A DNA stretch of 64,000 nucleotides from a bacterium. GTDB lineage: Bacteria > Patescibacteriota > Minisyncoccia > Portnoybacterales > JAKAHB01. The stretch spans positions 6,427-70,426 of the forward strand of contig JAKAHB010000002.1 in the NCBI GenBank assembly GCA_021815315.1. The letters run 5' to 3'. This document shows, in pieces, positions 16,666 to 25,861 of this stretch. The position numbers were made by a program, and so were the translations under genes. Positions within the stretch are counted from its first letter, which is position 1; every line of letters begins with the position of its first letter. Below the pieces are notes generated by a model. It was given only the letters and a program-made list of their open reading frames with translations, was not told the DNA's origin and did not search any database.

Positions 16666-18834
16666 ATGAAACTTGTTATCGTTGAGTCGCCGACCAAAGC
16701 CAAAACTATCCAAAAATTTCTGTCCAAAGGCTACACCGTTAAGTCCAGTTTTGGTCATGTTCGCGACTTGCCGCAAAAGGTTCTGGGCGTGGATATTGAA
16801 AAAAATTTCCAGCCAAAATACGTAGTCCCGCCCAAAGCCAAAAAGGTTGTCGCCCAGCTAAAAAAAGAAGCCGAAAAAAAAGAAGTCATCCTGGCCACCG
16901 ATGAAGACCGCGAGGGAGAAGCCATCGCTTGGCACCTGGCTGAAGCCTTAAAACTTGATTCCGCCAAAACCCAACGTATTGTTTTTCACGAAATCACCAA
17001 GTCCGCCATAGAAAACGCTCTTTTAAACCCCCGATTTATTGATTTTAACCTGGTGGACGCCCAACAAGCGCGCCGCGTTTTGGACCGGCTTGTTGGTTAT
17101 AAACTGTCCCCGCTGTTGTGGAAAAAAATTAAACGCGGGCTTTCAGCCGGTCGCGTTCAATCGGTCGCTTTGCGCTTGATTGTTGAACGCGAACGAGAAA
17201 TTGAGAAATTCAAGCCGGAAGAATATTGGACCATTGAAGCGGAGCTAAAAAAAGAACAAGCCGAACAAACTTTTTTGGCCAAATTAGTCGCTAAAAACGG
17301 CAAAAAAATTCCCAAACTGGGGCTCAAGCAAGAAAAGGAAGCCAAAAATATCTTGCGCGAACTCAAGGAGCAGCAATACCAAGTAAAAAACATTGAGACA
17401 AAAAAAGTTTTCAGCCAACCTCCCGCTCCGCTCGCCACTAGTTCCCTGCAACAAGAAGCGGCCCGGCGATTTGGCTTTTCCGCCAAACAAACCATGATGC
17501 TGGCCCAACAACTCTACGAGGGCGTGGAAGCCGGTCGAGACAGTTCCGGTTTAATTACTTACATGAGAACCGATTCGCTTAATTTGGCGCCGCAATTTTT
17601 GGATCAAACCCAACACTATCTTAAAGAAAAATTCGGCCCGCGATATTCGTTACCAAAGCCCAGATTTTTCAAAACCAAAAGTAAGGGCGCCCAAGAAGCT
17701 CACGAGGCCATTCGCCCAACCGATATCAGCCGCGACCCCGAAAGCCTGAAAAGTTATCTGGACCCCAGACAATTGAAACTCTACCGCCTCATTTGGCAAA
17801 GAACCCTGGCCTGCCAAATGCCACCAGCCGAATTTGAAAGCCAAAATATCGCCATTGAAGCCGGCCCCTACGGTTTTCAAGCCAGCGGCAGTCGCCTTAC
17901 TTTTGACGGCTTTTTAAAAGTTTACGCGCAAAAACTGGAAGACAAAATTCTGCCGCCCCTAACCGTAAAAGAAATTCTACAACTCGTTGAGCTCTTACCC
18001 AAACAACATTTCACCAAGCCGCCGGCCCGATATTCGGAAGCCATGCTCATCAAAACTTTGGAAGAAAACGGCATTGGCCGACCGTCCACCTATGCCCCCA
18101 CCATCTCCGTTATCCAAGAACGCGACTACGTCGTTAAAAACGAAGACAAAAGATTCCAACCCACGGAAATTGGCCTGCTGGTCAATGATCTCTTGGTGGA
18201 ACATTTTCCCAATATTGTTGATATAAAATTTACCGCCCAAATGGAAGAAAAACTAGACGAAGTTGCCGAGGGCAAAAAAAAGTGGGCGCCGCTAATCAAA
18301 GAGTTTTACGGGCCATTTGAGATAAATTTAAAATTAAAAGACAAGGAGATAAAAAAACACCAAGAGTTAACTGGGCGTTTCTGTCCGGAATGCGGGAAGG
18401 AGCTAGTGATAAAGTTCGGTCGTTTCGGCAAATTTTACGCTTGTTCCGGTTTCCCTGAATGTAAATATACCGAGCAAAACGACGCGGAGAAAAAGTTACA
18501 ACAAGAATTTTCTCACGAAACCTGCGAAGTTTGCGGCGCGCCGATGACGGTCAAAACCAGCCGTTTCGGCTCTTTTCTGGGTTGCTCAAAATATCCAGAA
18601 TGCAAGAACATCAAAAAGATAGAAAAAACTATCGGCGTTGCCTGCCCCCAATGCGACCAGGGGCAACTGGTGCAAAAAACCACCAAACGACGACGAACTT
18701 TCTATGGCTGTAGCCAATACCCCAAGTGCGATTTTGCTCTTTGGGACAAACCGCTGAATGAAAAATGTCCTCACTGCGGCAGCTTGATGGTGGAAAAAAA
18801 CGGCCAAAAAATCTGTTCCAAGAGTTGCCAATAA
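16666..18834 (+). CDS. topA: DNA topoisomerase I with C-terminal zinc ribbons
   Basis: 722 aa with an N-terminal Toprim (MKLVIVESPTKAKTI), the catalytic region, and at least three C4 zinc-ribbon repeats. Confidence 0.95.
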   Translation: MKLVIVESPTKAKTIQKFLSKGYTVKSSFGHVRDLPQKVLGVDIEKNFQPKYVVPPKAKKVVAQLKKEAEKKEVILATDEDREGEAIAWHLAEALKLDSAKTQRIVFHEITKSAIENALLNPRFIDFNLVDAQQARRVLDRLVGYKLSPLLWKKIKRGLSAGRVQSVALRLIVEREREIEKFKPEEYWTIEAELKKEQAEQTFLAKLVAKNGKKIPKLGLKQEKEAKNILRELKEQQYQVKNIETKKVFSQPPAPLATSSLQQEAARRFGFSAKQTMMLAQQLYEGVEAGRDSSGLITYMRTDSLNLAPQFLDQTQHYLKEKFGPRYSLPKPRFFKTKSKGAQEAHEAIRPTDISRDPESLKSYLDPRQLKLYRLIWQRTLACQMPPAEFESQNIAIEAGPYGFQASGSRLTFDGFLKVYAQKLEDKILPPLTVKEILQLVELLPKQHFTKPPARYSEAMLIKTLEENGIGRPSTYAPTISVIQERDYVVKNEDKRFQPTEIGLLVNDLLVEHFPNIVDIKFTAQMEEKLDEVAEGKKKWAPLIKEFYGPFEINLKLKDKEIKKHQELTGRFCPECGKELVIKFGRFGKFYACSGFPECKYTEQNDAEKKLQQEFSHETCEVCGAPMTVKTSRFGSFLGCSKYPECKNIKKIEKTIGVACPQCDQGQLVQKTTKRRRTFYGCSQYPKCDFALWDKPLNEKCPHCGSLMVEKNGQKICSKSCQ

Positions 18835-18849
18835 AAAAATTTAGGTTCT

Positions 18850-20613
18850 ATGTTAAAGGAACTCACCTATTCTCAATTAGAGGATAAAATCAGGCAGGTT
18901 AACCCCAGCGCCAATTTTGAATTACTCAAGAAAGCATACAGCTACGCCGAAGAGGCTCACCGGGGACAAAAAAGAAAATCCGGCGAACCTTACATTCAGC
19001 ATTGTCTTTGGACCGCTTGGTATTTAGCGGAAATGCGACTGGACTCAAGCACTATCGCCACCGGGCTCTTGCATGACGTTATTGACGATACCCCCAGAAC
19101 CAACGAGGACATCAAAAAAGAGTTTGGCAAAGAAATCGCCAAATTGGTTGAAGGCATCACCAAACTGGGAAAAATAAAATACCGGGGCATTGAAAGGCAC
19201 ATTGAAAATTTGCGCAAAATGTTCATGGCCATGGCCGAAGACATCCGAGTAATTTTGGTTAAGCTGGCCGATCGCTTGCATAATATGCAAACCCTGAATA
19301 TTTTGCCTCCGGAAAAAGCCCAACGCATCGCCTTGGAAACCGTTGAAATTTTTACTCCCATCGCCTACCGTCTGGGCATCTGGGAAATGAAGGGACGGCT
19401 GGAAGACCTGGCCTTTCCCTATATCCACCCCAAAGAGTATCAGTGGCTAGTCAGCCAAGTTAAAGATAAATATGAACGCCGGCAAAAATATCTGGAACGA
19501 GTCAAGCCGATTATTTTAAAAGAATTGCGAACCGAAAAAATAGATCCGGTTGAAGTCCTCTATCGCGCCAAGCACTACTACGGCTTATTCAAAAAACTGA
19601 AACGCTATGAAATGAACTTGAACAAAGTTTATGATCTGGTAGCTTTGCGTATTATCGTGAACACGGTTGAAGAATGTTATATGGTGCTGGGGCTTGTTCA
19701 TAAACTTTGGAAGCCTCTGCCCGGGAGAATAAAAGATTATATCGCCCTCCCCAAGCCCAATGGCTATCAATCTTTGCATACTACCGTCTTTTGCGAAGAA
19801 GGAAAAATCACCGAAATCCAGATTCGCACCAAAAAAATGAACGAAGAAGCCGAACGCGGTATCGCCGCTCATTGGTATTATTCTGAACAAAAAGGACTCA
19901 AAGCCTATATCAAAAAAATTGTTACTTTGCCGCCGGAGAAAAAATTTGCCTGGATTCAACAGCTGCGTGACTGGCAGAAAGAACTTGATTCCGCTTCGCC
20001 CAATGAATTTTTGGAATCTCTTAAAATTGATTTTTTCAAGGATCGCATTTTTGTCTTTACCCCCAAGGGTGATGTAATTGATTTGCCGGAAAACGCCACC
20101 CCGATTGATTTTGCTTATCACATTCACACCGACGTTGGCGATCGCACCGTGGCCGCGAAGGTTGATGGCAAAATCATCGCGCTGGACCAAAATTTAAAAA
20201 ACGGCCAAGTGGTGGAAATAATTACCCGCAAAGAAAAAAATGTTAATCGCCGCTGGCTGGACCTGGCTAAAACCAGCCTAGCCAAATCAAAAATCAAGTC
20301 CTCCTTAAGAAGACAGCTTAATCCGGAAGAAGAAAAGAAACCGCCCAGCGCGGGACCGACGCCAGAAAAAACCAAATCTACGATTAGCCCTGGGAAGAAA
20401 AAGGTCAAGATAGTTCTGGGCAAGCCGGAAGTGGTAGGGCAAAAGCAAATCAAACTCAAGCTCGCCAAGTGTTGCCAGCCCAGACTGGGTGATGATATCA
20501 TTGGCCTCGTTACCCGCGCCGAAGGAGTTTCGGTTCACAAAAAAAGTTGCGAAAACTTTCAAAGACTTTCTAAAAAATCGCCGCAAAAAGTAGTGCCGGT
20601 GGAGTGGCGGTAA
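18850..20613 (+). CDS. rel: bifunctional (p)ppGpp synthetase/hydrolase (RelA/SpoT family)
   Basis: HD hydrolase domain (HRGQKRKSGEPYIQH...LLHDVID), a synthetase domain, a TGS domain, and a conserved-Cys C-terminus. At 587 aa it is a short form. Confidence 0.9.
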   Translation: MLKELTYSQLEDKIRQVNPSANFELLKKAYSYAEEAHRGQKRKSGEPYIQHCLWTAWYLAEMRLDSSTIATGLLHDVIDDTPRTNEDIKKEFGKEIAKLVEGITKLGKIKYRGIERHIENLRKMFMAMAEDIRVILVKLADRLHNMQTLNILPPEKAQRIALETVEIFTPIAYRLGIWEMKGRLEDLAFPYIHPKEYQWLVSQVKDKYERRQKYLERVKPIILKELRTEKIDPVEVLYRAKHYYGLFKKLKRYEMNLNKVYDLVALRIIVNTVEECYMVLGLVHKLWKPLPGRIKDYIALPKPNGYQSLHTTVFCEEGKITEIQIRTKKMNEEAERGIAAHWYYSEQKGLKAYIKKIVTLPPEKKFAWIQQLRDWQKELDSASPNEFLESLKIDFFKDRIFVFTPKGDVIDLPENATPIDFAYHIHTDVGDRTVAAKVDGKIIALDQNLKNGQVVEIITRKEKNVNRRWLDLAKTSLAKSKIKSSLRRQLNPEEEKKPPSAGPTPEKTKSTISPGKKKVKIVLGKPEVVGQKQIKLKLAKCCQPRLGDDIIGLVTRAEGVSVHKKSCENFQRLSKKSPQKVVPVEWR

Positions 20614-20626
20614 AATAAAATCATTT

Positions 20627-20661
20627 TAAAACCCGCTCTTGATTAAAAGGGCGGGTTTTTT
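20627..20661. terminator. bidirectional intrinsic terminator between rel and parB
   Basis: aaaacccgctc...gggcgggtttttt. Confidence 0.7.
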
Positions 20662-20681
20662 GCTGGTGGGTCTTTTTGATC

Positions 20682-21674
20682 TTATCTGGTGATTCTTTTG
20701 ATAATCGTGTCTAGCTCTTCTTTGTCTTTAAAAGGAATGACAACATTGCCGCCAATGCCTCTTTTGGAAATCCTTACCGGACGTCCTAAAAATCCGGTCA
20801 GGTTGTCCATGTATTCTTTCACTTCGCTCAAAAAGGCCGATCTCCTGACGTGCTCCTTGACCGTTACCTGCTTGGCGCGTTCTTCCACTTCGCGCACCGT
20901 CATGCTGGAGTTCAGCATCTCTTTAAAGATTCTCATTATTTCCGCCTTGTCTTTGATGCCGGCCAGTCCGCGCGCGTGTCCTTCACTGATCTTGCCTTCA
21001 ATTACGGCTCTTTGCACCTCGCCGGGCAAATTTAACAGACGGATAGTGTTGGTTACCAGCTCGCGACTCTTGCCGATTTTTTTGCCGATAGCTTCGTGAG
21101 TCAGCCCGAACTCTTGATGCAGTTTTGAAAAGGCCCTAGCCTTTTCTATAGCGTTGAGATCGGCGCGTTGAATATTTTCGATCAAGGCCAGCTCCAGTTT
21201 CTGCTGGTCGGTCGTATTGCGCACCACTACCGGCACGTGGGGCAGTCCCGCCATTTTGGCCGCTTCCAACCTGCGATGCCCGGCAATCAAATAATATTCA
21301 ATGTCTTGCCCTCGTTCGTTTTCTTTGATTTTTTTGCTGACCACCAGGGGCTGAATAATGCCGTACTCTTTAATCGAGAGCGCCAATTCCAACAGTTGCC
21401 CTCGGTCTAGTTCAACGCGGGGCTGATAGGGGTTGGGAGAAATTTTATCTACCTCTACTAAAAAAACGCTCGCGTTTCTTGGCAGTTCATCCACGCCAGC
21501 CTCGGCCAAAGCCTTTTTAGATTCGGCTTGTACTTTGATTTTTATCTTCTCGTTAATCGGCCCTGACTGAACAACCGGGACAGATGACTCTTCTTTTGGC
21601 TGTTTAATCGGAATTAACGATTGTAATCCTTTGCCCAAAACTCCCATAGAAATAAACAAAAACTCAAAACTCAA
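20682..21674 (-). CDS. parB: chromosome partitioning protein ParB/Spo0J
   Basis: ParB N-terminal box (GIIQPLVV...YYLIAGHRRLEAAKMAGL) and an HTH. Confidence 0.9.
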   Translation of the reverse strand: MSFEFLFISMGVLGKGLQSLIPIKQPKEESSVPVVQSGPINEKIKIKVQAESKKALAEAGVDELPRNASVFLVEVDKISPNPYQPRVELDRGQLLELALSIKEYGIIQPLVVSKKIKENERGQDIEYYLIAGHRRLEAAKMAGLPHVPVVVRNTTDQQKLELALIENIQRADLNAIEKARAFSKLHQEFGLTHEAIGKKIGKSRELVTNTIRLLNLPGEVQRAVIEGKISEGHARGLAGIKDKAEIMRIFKEMLNSSMTVREVEERAKQVTVKEHVRRSAFLSEVKEYMDNLTGFLGRPVRISKRGIGGNVVIPFKDKEELDTIIKRITR

Positions 21675-21714
21675 AACTGACTAACAAATTCAATCCGGAA
21701 TTTTGAAATTGTTC

Positions 21715-22482
21715 TTATACCAAATCCATTTTAATGATTTCCTCGGCTAAATCTTTGTAGGCTCGGGCCCCTTTTGACCGCGGATGATATTCTGAAATTA
21801 TTTTACCATGACTTGGCGCTTCCGCCAACTTAACGCATCTTGGGATAACCGCTTCAAAAACCGGTGCCGGAAAATGTTGCTGTACTTCCTTGGCTACTTG
21901 ACGCGATAACCGATTGCGTCGGTCATACATTGTCAAAAGCGCCCCTTTTATTTTAAGGTCCGTCGCTAAATTCTCGTTTATTAAAGTGACTGTCTTAAAA
22001 AGCTGACCCAAACCTTCCAGCGCGTAGTATTCCGTTTGCACCGGAATAATCAATTCTTCCGAAGCTAAAAGTCCGTTCAGGGTCAAAATTCCCAAACTGG
22101 GCGGGCAATCAATGAGAATATAATCGTAACTGGTGCGAATGCGGCTCAAGGCTTTTTTTAGCACAAACTCTCTTTCCGGTTCGTTGACCAGCTCCACGGC
22201 CGCTCCGGCAAGATCGGGGGTAGCTGGCAAAAGTTCGTAACCGGAAATTCTCGTTCTTAAAATCGTTTCTTCCGGTTTTTTCAAGCCGGCCATAACCTGA
22301 TAAAGTCCGTGGTTTAATTCATCCTGGTTCACTCCCAGACCGGAAGTGGCATTGCCTTGCGGGTCCAAATCCACCAGCAAAACATGGCGTCCCAGATGCG
22401 CCAAATAACCGGCTAAATTAACCGAAGTGGTGGTTTTGCCGGTGCCTCCTTTTTGATTGACAATGCCTACAATTCTCGCCAT
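21715..22482 (-). CDS. parA: chromosome partitioning ATPase ParA/Soj
   Basis: Deviant Walker A (KGGTGKTTTSVNLA) starting at MARIVGIVNQ. Start taken as the internal ATG at 22480-22482; the ORF-track extension upstream overlaps the tRNA fragment and is considered read-through. Confidence 0.9.
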   Translation of the reverse strand: MARIVGIVNQKGGTGKTTTSVNLAGYLAHLGRHVLLVDLDPQGNATSGLGVNQDELNHGLYQVMAGLKKPEETILRTRISGYELLPATPDLAGAAVELVNEPEREFVLKKALSRIRTSYDYILIDCPPSLGILTLNGLLASEELIIPVQTEYYALEGLGQLFKTVTLINENLATDLKIKGALLTMYDRRNRLSRQVAKEVQQHFPAPVFEAVIPRCVKLAEAPSHGKIISEYHPRSKGARAYKDLAEEIIKMDLV

Positions 22483-22564
22483 ATATCCGTTATTATAGCA
22501 AATTAAACAAATTGACAAAAGGCCCCAATTAAGGCTAAAATGGAGCAATAGTAAGCCGCGGTGG

Positions 22565-22648
22565 CGGCAAAGAATAAAAACGTTATTGCGAAAATGGAGG
22601 GCGAGTGGCGAAACCGGCAGACCTGCCTGCCGGCAGGCAGGCGCGCAC
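22565..22648 (+). pseudogene. partial duplicate of the tRNA-Leu 5' flank plus 5' half, carrying a 20-nt palindromic insertion
   Basis: About 70 nt (ggcaaagaataaaaacgtta...gggcgagtggcgaaaccggcagac) nearly identical to 22912-22969. The palindrome cctgcctgccggcaggcagg (22622-22641) interrupts the D-stem region. Confidence 0.6.
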
Positions 22649-22651
22649 AAA

Positions 22652-22897
22652 ATGAAAATGCATTATTTCACCTATGCGATTAAAAGCCTGGAGAAAAATT
22701 ATATCTATGTTGGGTTAACAAATAATCCTAAAAGAAGATTTTTTCAGCACCAAAACGGCAAAGAAAAAACGACTTCGCCTTATAGACCGTTCCAAATAAT
22801 TTTGTTAGAAAAATTTAGCACCAGGATTGAAGCAAGAAAGAGAGAAAAATATTTAAAATCAGGTTTTGGGAAAGAATTTTTGAAAACCTTGAGTTAA
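22652..22897 (+). CDS. small GIY-YIG nuclease family protein (YhbQ/UPF0213-like)
   Basis: About 81 aa reading MKMHYFTYAIKS...YIYVGLTNNPKRRFFQH...G, i.e. GIY-YIG motifs. Embedded between duplicated tRNA-Leu segments. Confidence 0.75.
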   Translation: MKMHYFTYAIKSLEKNYIYVGLTNNPKRRFFQHQNGKEKTTSPYRPFQIILLEKFSTRIEARKREKYLKSGFGKEFLKTLS

Positions 22898-22944
22898 TTT
22901 GCCACCACCACGGCAAAGAATAAAAACGTTATCGCGAAAATGGT

Positions 22945-23029
22945 GGGCGAGTGGCGAAACCGGCAGACGCGCACGACTCAAAATCGTGTGAGGCAACTCA
23001 TGAGGGTTCAAGTCCCTCCTCGCCCACCA
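22945..23029 (+). tRNA. tRNA-Leu (anticodon CAA), class II with a long variable arm and encoded CCA
   Basis: Hand-folded cloverleaf. Acceptor GGGCGAG/CTCGCCC, D-arm GCG-AAACCGGCAGA-CGC, anticodon stem CACGA/TCGTG with loop CTCAAAA, variable hairpin TGAG-GCAA-CTCA, T-arm GAGGG-TTCAAGT-CCCTC, then A-CCA. The acceptor helix is extended by an additional ~14-bp flanking inverted repeat (ttatcgcgaaaatggt / accattttcgcgata). Confidence 0.85.
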
Positions 23030-23043
23030 TTTTCGCGATAGCA

Positions 23044-23122
23044 CGCGCACGCCTGCCCGCCTTTGGCGGGACTCAAAATCGTGTGAGGCAACTCGTGAGG
23101 GTTCAACTCCCTCCCGCGGCGC
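23044..23122 (+). pseudogene. tRNA-Leu 3' pseudo-fragment with a hairpin insertion
   Basis: actcaaaatcgtgtgaggcaactcgtgagggttcaactccctcc copies the anticodon-loop-to-T-arm segment with 2 mismatches. A 20-nt hairpin (gcctgcccgcctttggcggg) is inserted in the anticodon stem. The acceptor 3' strand is replaced by cgcggcg. Confidence 0.6.
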
Positions 23123-23162
23123 CAAATATAGTCTAGAACCAACGGCCACTCTTGTTTAAACT

Positions 23163-23187
23163 AAAAACCCCGCGAAGCGGGGTTTTT
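23163..23187. terminator. bidirectional intrinsic terminator
   Basis: aaaaaccccgc-gaag-cggggttttt. Confidence 0.75.
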
Positions 23188-23189
23188 AG

Positions 23190-24350
23190 TTAAGTTCCTT
23201 CCGCTACCCGCCTAAATCCTCCCTTCCCATAGGTGGCCTCAAGTAACCGAGCTAGTTCTAAAAGTTTACCCGAAAGAGCGGCCTTGGCAAAGACCCTAAA
23301 GACATCTTCTTTGGTAGAAAACTTGCCAGGAAATCTTTCGTAGACGGACTTGATAATCATTTGCAAAGTTCTCCTGGCCTCTTTATAACTTCTCGGCAAT
23401 TCTTTTTCTACCTCTTCTCCTCGCGAATTTTTCTTCTCAAATATTAAACAAATTTCGTTTATTTTTTCCGGCCATTGACTTGGTTGGTATTTTCCCGCTA
23501 TGTAACGATTTCTTTTTTCCAGTTCCGGTTGCAATTCCGAAACGTCATAAAAACAAAAATCCTCAAATCTTCTGGTTAGCTCTTCGGTAATCGCTTCGTT
23601 TAAGCTGTCTAAAAATCGCTTTCCCCATTTTTTGGAATGAATGCCCAAGCCAACTCTTCTGATTTCCGCCGGCTCATTTCGCCTTGTTTCCACTGCTTGA
23701 AAAGCATGAAAATGAATTAGCTCGTGAGTAGTTATGCCCGCCTGGAACAACAGGTTATCTTTGAGTCTCTCCAGAGGCAAATTTTGTTTCAGTCCCACTC
23801 TTTGCAAAGATGGCCTATAAAAACCTTTGCTGCGAAGGGCCGATAGGGCTGAAAAATCCGACGCCTGTGCCCCTTCTTTGCTTAAATCAACAAGATGAAA
23901 GTGCTCCGGCTTTATCTCCCCCACTGGTTGCCCTCCGTAGGCGCGGATAAATTCTGGCATTTTTTTGATTATTGTTTCCAACACTCTTGTCCGCTCCGGA
24001 GTTTTTTCTATCTCAAAGCTTTCCGGAGTCTGATCAACAAATTTCTGCTGATAATGAAGATCGGCAGCTTTTACTTCGGCGGGATCGGGGCCAATAATCC
24101 TAGAAATGCCGTGCTGTCTGAAGCCCTCGTTATTGATTTGATGACGCGCCATATCCGCCAATAGCGCCTTCTTTCTTTCTTGAATCTCGTTTTGTAATTC
24201 TTGATACCTAGGTCTTTCCAGCGGGGTTATTTCCTCTTGACCTGCTCCAAGACCAAAGATAGAATCAAGAATTTCCTGGGCGCTAATTCCGCCCTTGGGT
24301 TTTTTGTCCTTTTCATTAACTGGGGAGATGTCGCCTGGTTCCTTTTCCAT
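23190..24350 (-). CDS. hypothetical protein with an HExxH zinc-metallopeptidase-like motif
   Basis: 386 aa containing ITTHELIHFHAF with acidic residues downstream. No family assigned. Confidence 0.4.
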   Translation of the reverse strand: MEKEPGDISPVNEKDKKPKGGISAQEILDSIFGLGAGQEEITPLERPRYQELQNEIQERKKALLADMARHQINNEGFRQHGISRIIGPDPAEVKAADLHYQQKFVDQTPESFEIEKTPERTRVLETIIKKMPEFIRAYGGQPVGEIKPEHFHLVDLSKEGAQASDFSALSALRSKGFYRPSLQRVGLKQNLPLERLKDNLLFQAGITTHELIHFHAFQAVETRRNEPAEIRRVGLGIHSKKWGKRFLDSLNEAITEELTRRFEDFCFYDVSELQPELEKRNRYIAGKYQPSQWPEKINEICLIFEKKNSRGEEVEKELPRSYKEARRTLQMIIKSVYERFPGKFSTKEDVFRVFAKAALSGKLLELARLLEATYGKGGFRRVAEGT

Positions 24351-24371
24351 AAAGTCATTCTTAAAAAAAAA

Positions 24372-25178
24372 TTATCTTGAAAAATAAACCACCAAGATTA
24401 CCAGCGCTAACAAAATCCGATACCAAACAAAAATTGAGTAACTTCTTTTTTGCACCAATTTTAATAAAAACCAAATAGCGATAAAGCCAGAAACAGCGGC
24501 GCTTATAACTCCCAAAAGAAGCGGAGCGCTAATTCCCTCTTTCAAAAGATGCGGGACTTTCAAAATGCTGGCACCCAAGATAATCGGCGCGGATAAAAGA
24601 AAAGAAAACTTAGCCGCGCTTTCCTTGCGCAGTCCCAAGAAAAGTCCAGCCGCGATGGTAGAACCGGAACGAGAAACGCCAGGAATAACCGCCAAGGCCT
24701 GGGACAGGCCAATCCAGACTGACTGTTTCAGACTCACGTCTTTGGTGTGAACTTTTTCTTTACCATTGCGATCGGCCCACCAAAGAATCAAGCCAAAAAC
24801 AAACATATTCAAAGCGATTAACAACGGATTGCGAAACGCCGCTTCGGCCGGATTCTCCAAAAAATATCCAAAAATAGCGCCCGGAATTGTGGCCACCACC
24901 AAAAATACCAACAGCTTGGCCTCTTTGTTCTCTTTCCAGGCTTTGGTGCCGCTAAGCATTTTAGCAAAACCGACAAACAGCTCCAACCACTGCCGCCAAA
25001 AAAAGACTAAAACGGCGAGCAGAGTTCCGGTGTGCAAAGCGACATCAAAAGACAAGCCGGGATCGGGCCAATGAAAAAACCAAGGGGCCAAGATTAAATG
25101 GGCCGAGGAGGAAATAGGCAAAAACTCGCCCAGCCCTTGGATAATACCCAGAACTATCGATTGGAAAGCAGTAAGCAT
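24372..25178 (-). CDS. uppP: undecaprenyl-diphosphate phosphatase
   Basis: 8-TM protein with a GLGEFLPISSSAHLIL N-terminus, characteristic of BacA/UppP. Confidence 0.9.
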   Translation of the reverse strand: MLTAFQSIVLGIIQGLGEFLPISSSAHLILAPWFFHWPDPGLSFDVALHTGTLLAVLVFFWRQWLELFVGFAKMLSGTKAWKENKEAKLLVFLVVATIPGAIFGYFLENPAEAAFRNPLLIALNMFVFGLILWWADRNGKEKVHTKDVSLKQSVWIGLSQALAVIPGVSRSGSTIAAGLFLGLRKESAAKFSFLLSAPIILGASILKVPHLLKEGISAPLLLGVISAAVSGFIAIWFLLKLVQKRSYSIFVWYRILLALVILVVYFSR

Positions 25179-25202
25179 AGTAATTTATTTTTAATTTTAA
25201 TT

Positions 25203-25847
25203 TTAAATATTTAATATCTCCATCAACTTTTTTTTATTCACTGGTCCGATCCGAACAATTTTTGGTTCCTGACCGGTCAAATCAAGCACGGTTGAAGGCT
25301 GGGTGCATTTAAGTTCTCCGGCATCTAAAATCAAATCTGGTTTTAGATATTCATTTTCAAATTGCCCAATCACTTCCTCAATTTTTCGCGCCGGTTGTAA
25401 GCCGGTGATATTGGCCGAAGTGGCCGTTATCGGGCGGCCCAGAAGTTCTACCAAATATTGATTCAATTTATAATCGGGAATGCGCACTCCGATTGTCTGC
25501 CGGCCGTCGGTCAAATTGGGAGGCAGACGAAATCTGCTTTTTAAAATCACCGTCAGGGGACCCGGCCAAAGCAAGCCCGCGGCCCGCTCCAACCGCCGAT
25601 CAATCATTGCTATCTTCTTCGCCATTTCCAAGTCGCGCACTATCACCGAAATAGCTTTTTCTTTGGGTCGTTTTTTAAGCTTGAATAAACGATCAACGGT
25701 GATGTCGCGCGTCGCGTCCACCGCTAAACTATAAACCGTATCCGTGGGAATTACCACCGAACCGCCTTGATAGATTGTCTTGGCCGCTTCCAACAAAGCT
25801 GTTTCTGAATCGCGCAAATTTTCCGGATTAATTTTTAAAATCTTCAT
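25203..25847 (-). CDS. tsaC: L-threonylcarbamoyladenylate synthase (YrdC/Sua5 family)
   Basis: YrdC fold motifs (VVIPTDTVYSLAVDA...KKRPKEKAISVIV). Start taken at the internal ATG at 25845-25847. Confidence 0.8.
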   Translation of the reverse strand: MKILKINPENLRDSETALLEAAKTIYQGGSVVIPTDTVYSLAVDATRDITVDRLFKLKKRPKEKAISVIVRDLEMAKKIAMIDRRLERAAGLLWPGPLTVILKSRFRLPPNLTDGRQTIGVRIPDYKLNQYLVELLGRPITATSANITGLQPARKIEEVIGQFENEYLKPDLILDAGELKCTQPSTVLDLTGQEPKIVRIGPVNKKKLMEILNI

Positions 25848-25861
25848 AACTGGTGACAAGA

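Noticed and set aside
22483-22650. N-terminal 56-aa extension of the ParA ORF (MCAPACRQAGLPVSPLALHF...), and the minus-strand ORF 22859-23149 over the tRNA.
   Set aside because: Both are reads of the tRNA-Leu copies and their palindromic insert. ParA begins at the Walker-A-proximal MARIVGIV. The 96-aa ORF covers a tRNA gene and a terminator.
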